DNA of 64,000 nucleotides, from the NCBI GenBank assembly GCA_051313645.2, contig JBNRSN020000002.1, positions 434,496,001 to 434,560,000 of the forward strand. The letters are read 5' to 3'. Under the pieces are notes generated by a model, which worked only from the letters and a program-made list of their open reading frames with translations, was not told where the DNA came from and did not search any database. This document shows, one piece after another, positions 1 to 11,562 of the stretch. Each line of letters starts with the position of its first letter. The stretch's first letter is position 1. The position numbers and the translations under genes are program-made. Source of the stretch: Centroscyllium fabricii. Lineage: Eukaryota.

Positions 1-229
1 AACCCCAAATATTCAATCCCCCTAACACTAAGGGTCAATTTATCCTGGCCAATCAACCTAACCCGCACATCTTTGGACTGTGGGAGGAAACCGGAGCACC
101 CAGAGGAAACCCACGCAGACACAGGGAGAATGTGCAAACTCCACACAGATAGTACCCGATGCTGGATTTGAACCCAGGTCTCCAGAGCTGTGAAGCAACA
201 GTGCTAACCACTATGCCAGCGTGCCGCCC
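1..229 (-). mobile_element. tRNA-derived V-SINE (HE1-like), cut by the window edge
   Basis: Reverse complement reads GGGCGGCACG..GCATAGTGGTTAGCACTG (A box), GGTTCAAATCC (B box), then the V-domain TGTGTGGAGTTTGCACATTCTCCC..GGGTTTCCTC. Same family as 10944, 14217, 41988 and 60207. Confidence 0.85.
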
Positions 230-270
230 ATGGTCATCAAATGTCCTCCGATGTCTTACCCAAGCGCCAT

Positions 271-562
271 TCTTGATATGTTACACCGAGTTACAGCGAG
301 TCTACGGCGCAGAAACTGACCACTCGGCCCAGCAGGTCTGTGCCAGCATTTATGCTCCACACCAGCCTCCTCCCATCCCTCTTCCTCAAACCTTATCAGC
401 ATAACCATCTATTCCCTTCCCCCTCATGTGTTTATCTGGCTTCCCCTTCAATGCATCTCTGCTATTCACCTCAACCGCTCCCTGTGGCAGCGAGTTCCCC
501 ATTCTCATCACTCTTTGGGGAAAGAAGTTTCTCCTTAATTACCTATTGGATTTATTAGTGAC
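271..562 (-). mobile_element. Older CR1 LINE 3' end, split by the insertion at 563-2045
   Basis: Antisense CR1 C-terminus and 3' UTR. The sequence resumes at about 2046 (TTATTAGTGAC|..TCTTATATTTATGG). Confidence 0.7.
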
Positions 563-1754
563 AAAGGGGAAGTCATGTTTGACAAATTTGCTAGAGTTCT
601 TTGAGGACATAACATATAGGGTGGATAAAGGGGAACCAGTGGATGTGGTGTATTTGGACTTCCAAAAGGCATTTGACAAGGTGCCCCACAGAAGATTATT
701 ACTCAAGATAAAAAATCACGGGGTTGGGGGTAATATTCTGGCATGGGTGGAGGATTGGCTTTCTAACAGAAAACAGAGAGTTGGGATAAATGGTTCGTTC
801 TCAGACTGGCAGTCAGTCACTAGTGGTGTTCCGCAAGGGTCGGTGCTGGGACCCCAACTCTTTACAATCTATATTAACGATTTGGAAGAAGGGACCAAGT
901 GCAACATATCAAAGTTTGCGGATGACACAAAAATGGAAGGGAGGGTGATGAATGAGGAGGACATTAAAAACCTGCAAAAGGACATAGATAGGCTAAGTGA
1001 GTGGGCAGAGATTTGGCAGATGGAGTATAATACTGGAAAATGTGAAGTTATGCACTTTGGCAGGAAAAATAATAGAGCGAGTTATTATCTAAATGGAAAG
1101 GAACTGGAAAGTACTTCAGTGCAAAGGGATCTGGGGGTCCTGGTGCAGGAAACACAAAAAGTTAATATGCAGGTGCAGCAGGTGGTAAGGAAGGCCAACG
1201 GAATGTTGGCTTTTATTGCTAAGGGGATTGAGTATAAAAGCAGGGAGGTCTTGCTGCAGTTGTACAGGGTATTGGTGAGACCACACCTGGAATACTGCGT
1301 GCGGTTCTGGTGTCCCTATTTAAGAAAGGACATACTTGCTCTCGAGGCAATGCAGAGAAGGTTCACTAGGTTAATTCCGGGGATGAGGGGGCTAACATAT
1401 GACGAGAGGCTGAGTAGATTGGGCCTCTACTCATTGGAGTTCAGAAGAATGAGAGGCGATCTTATTGAAATATATAAGATTGTGAGAGGGCTTGATCTGG
1501 TGGATGCGGTGAGGATGTTCCCAATGGTGGGTGAGACTAGGACTAGGGGGCATAATCTTAAAATAAGGGGCTGCCATTTCAAAACTGAGATGAGGGGGAA
1601 CTTCTTTACTCAGAGGGTGGTGCGGCTGTGGAATTTGCTGCCCCAGAGAGCTGTAGAAGCTACTACGTTGAATAAATTTAAAACTGAGATAGACAGTTTC
1701 CTGGAATTAAAGGGAATTAGGGGTTATGGTGAACGGGCTAGTAAGTGGACGTGA
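563..1754 (+). CDS. CR1 ORF2 reverse transcriptase, 5'-truncated, uninterrupted
   Basis: Motifs KSCLTNLLEFFE, YLDFQKAFDKVPH, SGVPQGSVLGP, KFADDTK, LVRPHLEYC, RGDLIEIYKI. Confidence 0.92.
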
Positions 1755-2045
1755 GGCTAGGTTCAGATCAGCCATGTGATCTCCTGGACCAGTTTTCGAT
1801 CGCCTAGATGGGTCGGAGAGGAATTTTCCTGATTTTTTTTCTCCCAAATTGGCTACTGTTTTTTTTAATCTGGTTTTTCGCCTCTCCCAGGTGATCACAT
1901 TGGTCTGGGCGGGGTGGAGAGTAAAAATAAAATTGAGGTTAGGATCAGATCAGCCATGATCTCGTTGAATGGCAGAGCAGGCTCGAGGGGCCGATTGGCC
2001 TACTCCTGCTCCTATTTCTTATGTTCTTATGTTCTTATGTCTTAT
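563..2045 (+). mobile_element. Young 5'-truncated CR1 LINE
   Basis: Open RT C-terminal half followed by a 3' UTR ending in (TTCTTATG)n. Confidence 0.95.
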
Positions 2046-2745
2046 ATTTATGGCCTCTAGTTTTTGAATCGCCTACAAGTGGAAACATCTCCATGTCCAC
2101 CCTATCGCACCCCTTCACCATTTTAATGACCTCTATCAGGACACTTCTCAGCCTTCTCTTTTCAGGAGAAAAGAGCCTCAGCCTGTTCAGTCTTTCCTGA
2201 CAGTTATGCCCTCTCAGTTCTGGTATCATCCTTTTCAATCTTTTTTGCACCTTGTCCAGTGCCTTTATATCCTTTTTATAATATGGAGACCAGACCTGTT
2301 CACAGTGCTCCAAGTGTGGTCTAACCAAGGCTCGGTACAAGTTTTAACAAAACTTCTCTGCTTTTCAGTTCAATCCCTTTAGGAATTGTGGTAAACCAGT
2401 AATAATGTTTCCCACTAATACTGTGCTGTATATAGTTATCTCCTTGTTACCTCTTGTCCCCACCGGTATCTACCTGGGATGCATCAGCCGGCTCCGCCTC
2501 CGGGCTCCACCCACAGACTGTAGTATAAAGGTGGCAGCCATGTTGACCTCATGGCATTCCAGGACCAGATAGCGATAAGACCTGTACTCCTGTTCTTAGT
2601 TAATTAAAGCCTCAATTACTTAATCTCGTCGACTCATTGTGATTGATCGTGCATCAGGAATGAAATCCCTGTGCTTGGTTTGCTGTTTTATGAGCTTATT
2701 AACCTGCGTTACTACTTTTAGTGATTTGTGCTATTTGTCTACAAA
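2046..2745 (-). mobile_element. Older CR1 LINE fragment (continuation of 271-562), interrupted by a solo LTR
   Basis: ORF 2035-2340: YRALVRPHLEHCEQVWSPYYKKDI.. Confidence 0.8.
2387..2656 (+). mobile_element. Solo LTR, 270 bp
   Basis: TG...CA ends, 5-bp TSD GGAAT (2382-2386 and 2657-2661), TATAAA at about 2524, ATTAAA downstream. Confidence 0.85.
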
Positions 2746-2783
2746 AGGCATCCACAGCCAAACGTGAACCCGTCCACTAATAC

Positions 2784-3563
2784 GATAGCGAAATACTGCG
2801 GATGCTGGAGATCCGAAATAACAACAGAAAACGCTGGAAAAACTCAGCAGGTCAGGCAGCATCGGTGGAGAGAGAAACAGAGTTAACGTTTCAGGTCGAA
2901 GACCTTTTGTCAGAACTGGAAAAGAACAGGAGAGAGGATAGATTTTAAAGCAAGTAGGGGCTGGGGAAAGGGGGAGGGGGTGAAAGAACAAAAGGGAAGG
3001 TCAGCGACGGATAGAAGGCGGGGGAGATTAAGAGACATTGAGAGACATTATGAGATATTCAAGGAACACAGGATGGCTCTGGATAGGTGTGAACGGCTCT
3101 GGCAGAGAGAAGAAAAAAGAAAAAAACCCAGACGAAGTGTGGATTAAAAAAAAGGAGAAAATATATACAGGTGTATATATATAAATATGATAGGGACCGA
3201 GGTTATGATCTGAAATTGTTGAACTCTCTGTTTAGTCCAGAGGGCTGTAGAGTGCCTAACCGAAAGATGAGGTGCTGTTCCTCGAGTTTACGCTGAGCTT
3301 CCATGGAACAATGCAACAGGCCGCAGACAGTGAGGTCTGAATGGGAGTGGAGTGGAGAATTAAAGTGACAGGCCACCGGGAGCTCGGGGTCCCCCTTACG
3401 GACTGAACGGAGGTGTTCCGCAAAGCGGTCACCCAATCTGCGTTACATTTCAGATCATAAACTCAGCCCCATCACATATTTATATATATACACCTGTATA
3501 TATTTTCTCCTTTTTTGAATCCACACTTTGTTGAGTTTTTCCAGCGTTTTCTGTTGTTATTTC
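2784..3563 (-). mobile_element. Penelope-like element (family A) 3' fragment with inverted pLTR piece
   Basis: ORF 3203-3436 encodes a GIY-YIG C-terminus (GDRFAEHLRSV..PVACHFN..RKLEEQHLIFRLGTLQPSGLN). 3445-3563 is an inverted copy of its own tail. AACCCGTCC occurs on both flanks. Confidence 0.85.
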
Positions 3564-3633
3564 GTAAACCCGTCCTTACCTGACATCCACTCCCAAGCGC
3601 ACACGCAGCATTGTCCAACAAGAGTCGGCGGAA

Positions 3634-4003
3634 AGAAAGACTTGCGTTTCTATAGCGCCTTTCACGACCTCAGGACATCACAAAACACTTTACAGCCAAT
3701 GAAGTACTTTTGAAGTGCAGTACCTGTTGTAATGTAGGAAACGCAACAGTCAATTTGTGCACAGCAAGCTCCCACAAACAGCAATGTGATAAATGACCAG
3801 ATCATTTGTTTTAGGTGTTGGCTGCACGGTAACTGTTGGCCAGAACAGCGGGAGAATTCTCCCGGCTCTTCTTCAAATAATACCGCGGGATTTTTTTTAC
3901 ATCCACCCAAGAGGGCAGACAGGGCCTCGGTTTGATGTCTCAAAGGAAAGACGGCACCCCTGACAGTGCGGCACTCCGCTCGGTACTGCAGTGGAGTGCC
4001 ATC
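3634..4003 (-). mobile_element. DeuSINE-like (SacSINE1-like) SINE
   Basis: Conserved blocks TTGCGTTTCTATAGCGCCTTTCAC, GCACAGCAAGCTCCCACAAAC and ACATCCACC..GGGCAGACAGGGCCTCGGTTT, repeated at 13605-14570 and 36147-38450. Confidence 0.65.
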
Positions 4004-4619
4004 AGCAGCAGGAACCCTGGCTGATTTCCTAGCCCAGGGAGGTGAAGGCAAACTACAACACCCTTACAACAGCCCCCGAGATCAGTCGACTCAGTGCCCC
4101 CCAGAATCTGAACCTTCCCAGGCTCTTATGCGACAGGTGATCAGGAGAGCACAGCTAAGCAAATGAATTGGAGAATGCAATGTGTGGTACTGGCCTCCAG
4201 TGATTTTCTCCAACGTGTGTAATTTTATTTTTACTACTGTGAAATTATCGTGGCAGGGACCATGAAGTGAATAAAGTATATCTTACTGCATAACTCTGTA
4301 TTGTCTGTTTATCTCCTAAATCAGTAAAAAGAATTGTGGTCATGCTGCCCAATGTGGTACAGAGCCATGCAGACCATGTTCGGTCCCAGGTCCGGGCCGA
4401 GTTATTCGGCCTACAGTTAAGTGGGGGGGGGAGGGAGGGGAATTGCTACAATTGACCTCCGTATTTGTTCTAGAGAGGGGTTGAAATAAGCCGGGGTTCC
4501 TGCTCCGGAACGATCCCCAGTGACTCCGGCTGGGAAGTGCACGGGCGGATGTTAAAGCGAGGACCAGGTTGCGATTGGCTGCTCCCACTCACCCGTCTGA
4601 GCATGCACAGAGAAGAATA

Positions 4620-5623
4620 ACGAAATAACAACAGAAAATGCTGGAAAAATTCAGCAGGCCAGGCAACATCCGTGGAGAGAGAAATAGAGTCAACGTTTCG
4701 GGTCGAAACCCTCCTGTAGAAACGTTGGGGGGGATTTTCCTGGAGGTGCGGGAACCTGGCGGGGATTGGTCGGGGTGGGTTCCTGACCTGCCCGGCCAAG
4801 GGCCTGGGAAGCCCGCACTATTTTTGCCTAATCACTCAATTAAATCCCCGCATGCAGGGTGCCTCTGGTAAGTGCAGCAGTCCTGTCGCCAATTACGGCG
4901 CTGAAACGGCATTCCAGGAGGCTGTCAGGCAGATGCGGCAACTGTTTGTTTACAGTTCCCATGGAAACACTCCACTGTGACATCACAGTGGAGTGGAACC
5001 AATGGGAGAGGCCAAGTGCTGTTGAGTGACAGGTGGGCGGGCGGGCTTCAAATCTTTGACAGCAAGGCAGCGGCTGTCACTGGAGCTGGGAAGGTAAGTT
5101 TTCTAAGGTTTTCCCCACAGCTGGTGTTGACACAAGGGAGTGACTTACTCCTCCATGGTGGTAAAGGCCTGGGAAGCATTTTGCTTTAGGTCCTTCAACA
5201 CCTTGAAGGAGAAAGTTAGCAACACCATTGTGATCCCGCTGGGTTTCACCAGCGGGGTTTTAGGATGGCAGGGTTTGGGTGGGAAGGGGGTGAAAATGGC
5301 TAAGCGCCCTTAAAATGGCATTACAGATGCCAATTGAGGGCCCTTAATGAGCTGACCAACCATCCCCACCGGCCGGCGGTGGGAAAGGTTTGGGGCGGGG
5401 AGACAGGGCGGCGGAAAATGCTAAAGTGGCGGAGATCCGGTGGGGGGGTGTCGCGACCCACCGGTTCCGATATTTTGCCGTCTGACCCACAAAAACCCCG
5501 CCTCACGGGAGATGAAAATTTTGGCCATTGACTCTATTTCTCCAGCCACGGATGTTGCCGGGCCTGCTGAGTTTTCCCAGCATTTTCTGTTATTTCGGAT
5601 TTCCAGCATCTGCAGTATTTTGC
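4620..5623. mobile_element. Palindromic Penelope family-A pLTR pair, interrupted by a MITE
   Basis: 4625-4700 is the reverse complement of 5530-5597. Flanks share GAGAAG(A/C)ATAACGA. Confidence 0.7.
4727..5526 (+). mobile_element. Harbinger-like MITE, copy 1
   Basis: Ends GGGGGGGATTTTCC...GAAAATTTTGGCC, 3-bp flanks GTT/ATT, colinear with 16154-17044 and 18236-19058. Confidence 0.75.
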
Positions 5624-7177
5624 TGTCGGAGAAGCATAACGACTTGGTTAAGTTACCGGAGGGAGGTTGGTGCCTGAGGAGCCTTAGCTAGGCGTGCGTC
5701 AGTGTCTACGGAGGAGGAGCGAGTGGAAAATCAGAAGAAGGAGAAGAAAGACTCGGGGATGAAACCGTGGAGAGGTAGTCAGGCGGAATCCGCTCCCCTC
5801 GGCATTTGAAAATAATTGGGAGACATTTGCGGGGTTTTTTTTTTCCCCCGACGGTGCGTTAAAAAAAAAAGTGCTTAAAGTTTTGTAATTTGCTTTCTTG
5901 GCTTACTCTTTCCTCCCCGTTTATTCATTTGTTTATTTCCTTCTCGCAGGCCACTCACCAAAACTCCTCCTCCTCCAGCCAGGAGAGCAGGATGGATTGG
6001 GCCATAGACTTCTCCGGGACTGCCAGCAGCGCTGTTCCATCATCAGCCAGCAGAAAGCGCAGGTCAAGTGGGCTGAGCCAGACGATGTCAGTTTCTTCCC
6101 TCCTCCGGAGATGGAACGTCTCACTTCAAAGTGGTGCTCCATCTAGCAGCCCACCTGGAGAAACTGACACACGCATACACACAAAATTTTAAAAAAAAAC
6201 ACTCACCCGACGACCGAGGCAGACAGTTCTGAGTGGCGGCCAGCACTGGGACACGGAACTTGGGACCTTGTGGTTGGGACTTTTAGCACTCAACAACTTG
6301 AGCAACTGGGCTGCTGTCAAGACTGCCGTCTATAATCTGATCGTACCGCTGGACAACCCCCGATTGGCAACCTGAACATCCTTCCTCCCCTCGCCCCCCA
6401 CCCCACCACCACCTTTTATTTTTCCCATTTACAAAACTCTTACCGAGGGGCCTCTCAACCATATAGGCCGCGCTTCGCACCGCACGTTGTTCCCAGCTTG
6501 GAGTGAAGCCAGCGCCTTTTATGTGCACGCAGAGAGAGCGGGGGCCCCCTTTCTTCATCCGAGGAGTCATTTTTTTTTGTGGCACCTGTGCTGTAGTGAG
6601 GAATTGAGGACAGTCGGGTCATTTTTTTTTTGGAAGACGTTTTATCTGCAAGCTCATCCTCCAAGCGCGTTCTCAGTTCCCTGCAACTGGTACAGACGCA
6701 CAGTCATTGCTTTAAATACGAGGAAGAAATAATATCTGAAATCGGATTTAGGATATTAAGACAAAATATATTGTATAGGGTCCAATGACCTTGTTCAACA
6801 GAAAGGAAATTTGTACAGTCCCCACCTTGACCGCTATTCCCCTACCTCCCGCCCCCCCCCCCACCCGCCCCGCGTTTGGTTCTTACCACTTCTGGCCACC
6901 ATTGCACTTCGCTCTTCATCTCCAGAAGTACTGTGATATCATCAATGGCACTTTGTTATTGGCGAATGGGACATGTGCTTCAAGGGGGTTGATTTGGCCC
7001 TGTCCATGTTTCCCCTCCCCCTTTGCTCCCAGGAGATGGGCTGCTCCAGGCCGTGGCCCCACTGAACTCACGCAGTGAGCGGGAGCTGGCGGTTCCAGCT
7101 CCGCCACTCTGGGACACCGAGGCTCGTTCCTCCGCGGGGACTGTTTTATTTAAAATGAAAAAAACTGGAACAAAATA

Positions 7178-7524
7178 CAGGTTGAGCACCGGGAATCCGG
7201 CACCCGATGGTCTGGCAGCTTCAGTGGTCCGGCACGGTTGGAAACCGGCGCTCTTCATTTTTGCGGAGCAGCCGCTCGGCGGCGCCACCGTTTCCCGCGA
7301 AGGGTGAGCGGGCGCCGAAGGCGTCGGGCGCTTGGGTTTCTGTTTTTTCAGGTCTTGTAAGTGTCCTATCCCCGGGCTCCCTCCCGGGGAGTGTTCTACC
7401 CGCGCTCCGGGTCCCGGGGAGTGTTCTACCCGCGCACTCCCCCCGAACCTTCAGTGGTTCGGAATTTTCAGTGGTCCAGCACCGGCCTGGTCCCATGGGT
7501 GCCGGATTGACGGTGCTCAACCTG
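7178..7524 (+). mobile_element. Tigger/pogo-like MITE (TIR CAGGTTGAGCACCG)
   Basis: TA|CAGGTTGAGCACCG...CGGTGCTCAACCTG. Family members at 19788, 39969, 45570 and 60028. Confidence 0.85.
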
Positions 7525-7793
7525 GATTAAACTTTTTATTATTGAGTGTTTTGATTGAACTAGTGGGACAGGTTTGTGACAAAGAGTACCTTTCACATTG
7601 CAGGCACAGCAGGGATTCTTGAGTAAGCTTTCTTGTGAGCTGTATCACTATACTTATTTCTTTTGAAGCAGGTTTGTTAAGAATAATGGAATTTTAAAAA
7701 TAAAATCAAAAGCTGTTTTTTTTTAGATTTTAGTGTGGTTTATCCTTTGTTCACGTGGAGGCACTATAAATCATTTTGTTTCGGCTGACATTC

Positions 7794-8170
7794 GGTAGTG
7801 TCGTGGTTATGTTACTGGACTAGTTAATCCAGTAGGCCTGGTCACTCCTACTCCTTAGAAGATGTAAGCTCAAGTCCCGCCGTGGCACCTGGAGAATTTT
7901 GAATTCAGTTTTTTTTTAATCTGGAAAATAAAAAGCTGGTATCAGTAAACGTGATCATCGTAAAAACCCATCTGGTTCACTAATGTCCTTGAGGGAAGGA
8001 ACCCTGTCGCCCTTACCCAGTCTGGCCTATATGTGACTCCAGTCCTGGGCCAATGGGGTTGACTGTTAACTGCCCTCTGAAGTGGCCTTACTAAGCCCCT
8101 CAGCAAATAGGACAGGACAATAAATGCCAGCCATTCTCACATCACGAGAACGAATGAGAAAAAAAAAATC
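7794..8170 (+). mobile_element. SINE-like repeat with A-rich tail (family not assigned)
   Basis: Core AAAACCCATCTGGTTCACTAATGTCC..TCTGGCCTATATGTGACTCCAG recurs at 17080-17446 (+) and 58090-59595 (-). Confidence 0.6.
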
Positions 8171-9315
8171 CCTTTCATGTGAAACCTAAATGGCAAGGAG
8201 CAACCGGAATTCACACAACTGCACTTTGATCCTGCCAAAAATTAGGGTTCTGCTTAAGAAGTACAGACTCCAGTTCAGGACCCGGATGAACTGTCTTAAC
8301 CTGCTGCCATCAAAGGACAGTGGCTGTTTGGTGCAAAAAGATGCGAGAATCCCAACAGAAACGCATCTCATTTCCTCTAAGTGAGGAAATGCATTCCTCG
8401 CTGCTAATGGGGAGCAGCTTTGAATTACCGTGTGTGTTGCCTTGCTGCTGTGTGAACTTGCTGGCTGGGAGCCCAAAGGCCTTTTCCCCTGCAGGAAGCC
8501 AAGTGTTTTCATGTGAAACTGACAGGAAAAGCCTTCCTGGGAAGAGTAACTTACCATGGCACGTCGTTGGAATTGTAAGGGATGCAAAACATTTTTTTTA
8601 ATGTTGAGGCGGATTAAATTAAACCCGTTCCCACCGGCGCTTCTCCGATGTCTTGTCGGTTTGGAATTCGGAAGGCAGACCTTTACCTACATTGCCACTG
8701 GTACATGCTACCGGCAGCTCACTGCTTTCGCTGACCTGTGGCAGCTTACACTGTTACTGTGTGTCGGGGGAGGGGGTTTCTCCGTGTTTTGTTTCCAATT
8801 GGAACTCCATTTCAAGAGGACGCCAAGTGGAGGAAGCGCACGTAATCGTCCCGTCACCAGCCGCCTGCTGTTAGCAGCTATTACGTGCCCAATGCGTTTG
8901 TGAGCTGTGCACTTGCAATGGTGCTGCATCAAACCGAGCGGCATTTCAACAGCGCGCTGGCGGTTCAAGGGGGATTGTTGAAGGTGTCGTTTCATTTATA
9001 TTGGAGTCATTGGTGATGATGCTTCCTTTTGTGACGTAGGCGTCCTGTTGCTTGAAGATAATTTGAAAATTCCATTAATACTCTTTTTAACCAAAGATTT
9101 AATAAAAGTGTGTAAATAAGAAATAAATAATTTGTTGAAACATCCTTGTAGGTATTTTTTGGTGCATCTTCGTGTCTTGCGGTTAATGTGCACTTGAAAT
9201 TCCTCCTCAGTCTATGAACTCTTCCTCTGTAAGCAATTGGCCTGCGTTGAGGTTGTCCCTTGTGAGGGGGTCGTGTGGAAAGGCTGTAGGTGAATATTTT
9301 AGCACAGTGACAGGG

Positions 9316-10570
9316 GAACATAGAACATACAGCACTGTACAGGCCCTTGGGCCCTCAATGTAGTGCCGCGCTTAGTCCATCTCTGATTTTTCCTGTCCCC
9401 CCTACTCTTCCTTCCCCTCCATGTACCTATCTATCATCCTTTTAAAAGCTCCCAGACTGTCTGCATCCACTATTTCAGATGGTAGCCTATTCCACTCCCC
9501 GACCACTCTCTGCGTAAAGAACTTGCCCCTGCCATCCCTTCTGAATCTTCCTCCTTGAATCTTGTGTTCGTGCCCTCTTGTTGTCGTTCTTCCCACCCGG
9601 GGAAACAGTCTCTGCACGTTTACTCTATCGATCCCCTTCATCATCTTAAACACCTCTATTACGTCCCCCCTCTTCCTTCTCCGCTCCAGGGAGAAGAGTC
9701 CCAGCTCCCTCAACCTCTCCTCGTACGACTTTCCCCCCATTCCCGGCAGCATCCTGGTGAATCTCCTCTGTACCCGCTCCAATGCCGCCACATCCCTCCT
9801 GTAGTACGGTGCCCAGAACTGCACACAGTACTCCAAGTGTGGTCTCACCAGTGACCTGTACAGCTGTAGCATGACCTCCCGGTTCTTAAACTCTATTCCC
9901 CTGTTGATGAAGGCCAATACACCATAGGCCTTTTTTACTGCCTTATCCACCTGGGTGGCAGCCTTCAATGATCTGTGTACATATACTCCCAGATCCCTTT
10001 GCTCCTCTGCTTCGCTCAGGACCCTGCCGTTGACCCTATATTCCCTATTCCTATTTGCCCTACCGAAGTGTATCACCTCGCATTTCCCCGTGTTGAACTC
10101 CATTTGCCATTCTTCAGCCCAGCTCTGCATCCTATCTATATCCCTCTGAAGCCTTCTACTTCCTTCCTCCTCATCCACTACTCCCCCAATCTTTGTGTCA
10201 TCTGCAAATTTGCTGACCCACCCCTCAGTCCCCTCCTCCAAGTCATTGATAAAGATCACAAATAGTAGTGGCCCCAACACCGACCCCTGTGGCACCCCAC
10301 TGGTGACCGGTCTCCAACCCGAGTATTGGCCCTCTACCACTACCCTCTGCTTTCTCTGAGCTAGCCAGTTCTCTATCCAACCCACTACTTCTTTGTTTAC
10401 CCCGCAACTCCTTACTTTCTTCATGAGTCGACCGTGCGGGACCTTGTCGAACGCCTTGCTGAAGTCCATGTATATGACATCAACCGCCTTTCCCTCGTCC
10501 ACACACTTGGTCACCTCCTCAAAGAATTCTATCAGGTTGGTCAGGCCCGATTTTCCCTTAACAAATCCGT
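9316..10570 (-). mobile_element. 5'-truncated CR1 LINE, second subfamily
   Basis: Open RT frame followed by a short tail ..GCTGTATGTTCTATGTTC. Confidence 0.93.
9402..10565 (-). CDS. CR1 ORF2 reverse transcriptase, 5'-truncated, uninterrupted
   Basis: YMDFSKAFDKVPH, SGVPQGSVLGP, KFADDTK, LVRPHLEYCVQFW. Confidence 0.9.
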   Translation of the reverse strand, partial: FVKGKSGLTNLIEFFEEVTKCVDEGKAVDVIYMDFSKAFDKVPHGRLMKKVRSCGVNKEVVGWIENWLAQRKQRVVVEGQYSGWRPVTSGVPQGSVLGPLLFVIFINDLEEGTEGWVSKFADDTKIGGVVDEEEGSRRLQRDIDRMQSWAEEWQMEFNTGKCEVIHFGRANRNREYRVNGRVLSEAEEQRDLGVYVHRSLKAATQVDKAVKKAYGVLAFINRGIEFKNREVMLQLYRSLVRPHLEYCVQFWAPYYRRDVAALERVQRRFTRMLPGMGGKSYEERLRELGLFSLERRRKRGDVIEVFKMMKGIDRVNVQRLFPRVGRTTTRGHEHKIQGGRFRRDGRGKFFTQRVVGEWNRLPSEIVDADSLGAFKRMIDRYMEGKEE

Positions 10571-10943
10571 TAAGGGAAGCTTTTATGCTGAATGTACTAC
10601 TTCATTGCAGATCACTATCGTATTTCACCCTTTATAAAAGAAAAAAGGAGTAAAGTGCATTTTATCAAACAAATAAATAACTGTACTGGCTGCTTCCATT
10701 ACCAGAGTCCTCGGCTTGCTTCTATGTACGGTTCGGTGTGTGAGTGTAGTGGTGTTTTTGTTTTTTAAAAATTCATGACATACCTGAGTATCTTGCTATG
10801 TCTCTCTTTTTTTTTTAAAGTTCTTCTTTAAACATGCCAGTTATTTTTCATGATTGTACAGTCAGGCCGTACGTGACCGGTTGGCCCATCGAATGCGCAT
10901 TACAAGAATATAGTCAGTTCTGTTGACAAACCCTGTCCACCCA

Positions 10944-11338
10944 TGGGCGGCACGGTGGCATAGTGGTTAGCACTGTTGTCTCACAGCACTGGAGACCCGG
11001 GTTCAAATCCGGCCTCGGGTACTATCTGTGTGGAGTTTGCACATTCTCCCCGTGTCTGCGTGGGTTTCCTCCGGGTGTTCCGGTTTCGTCCCACAGTCCA
11101 AAGATGTGCGGGTTAGGTTGATTGGCCATGATAAATTGACCCTTAGTGTTAGGGGGATTGAATATGTGGGGTTACGGGGATGGGGTGGGATATGTGTCGA
11201 TGGAGGCTCGATAGGGATCTGGGGAGAGGGCAGGGGCGGGGTGCTGGGTTTGGATGATCAGCCATGATCTCATTGAATGGCGGAGCAGGCTCGAAGGGCC
11301 GAATGGTCTACTCCTGCTCCTAGTTTCTATGTTTCTAT
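10944..11338 (+). mobile_element. Full-length V-SINE (HE1-like) with CR1-derived tail
   Basis: tRNA head with A and B boxes, V-domain, and 3' tail GATCAGCCATGATCTCATTGAATGGCGGAGCAGGCTCG..(TTTCTATG)n shared with the CR1 copies. Confidence 0.9.
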
Positions 11339-11562
11339 TCAACCTTGGCTTGTCCTCCAGTTAATCATTGGCAACCTTTCACCGGCAGGCATTGGAGACT
11401 TGGACTACCTCGTGGTCAGGCCGGGTTGAAAAACAAAAGGCAGCGGACCAGGGGTTTCTCAAGACATCTGCTGCATTCGGTGGTGTGACCGTGTTACCAA
11501 TAGTCCAGTGAAAAGGGTGACCGTCAGCCCAACCTTCCCAAGTGCCACAGAGGGAAAGCAAT

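Noticed and set aside
426-562. Hydrophobic N-terminal extension on the CR1 RT ORF
   Set aside because: It is the antisense strand of an older CR1 into which the young copy inserted, so the fusion is coincidental.
10944-11020. tRNA gene-like A and B boxes (also at 160-229, 14460-14533, 41988-42060)
   Set aside because: These are SINE heads continuing into the V-domain and LINE tail, with no poly-T terminator.
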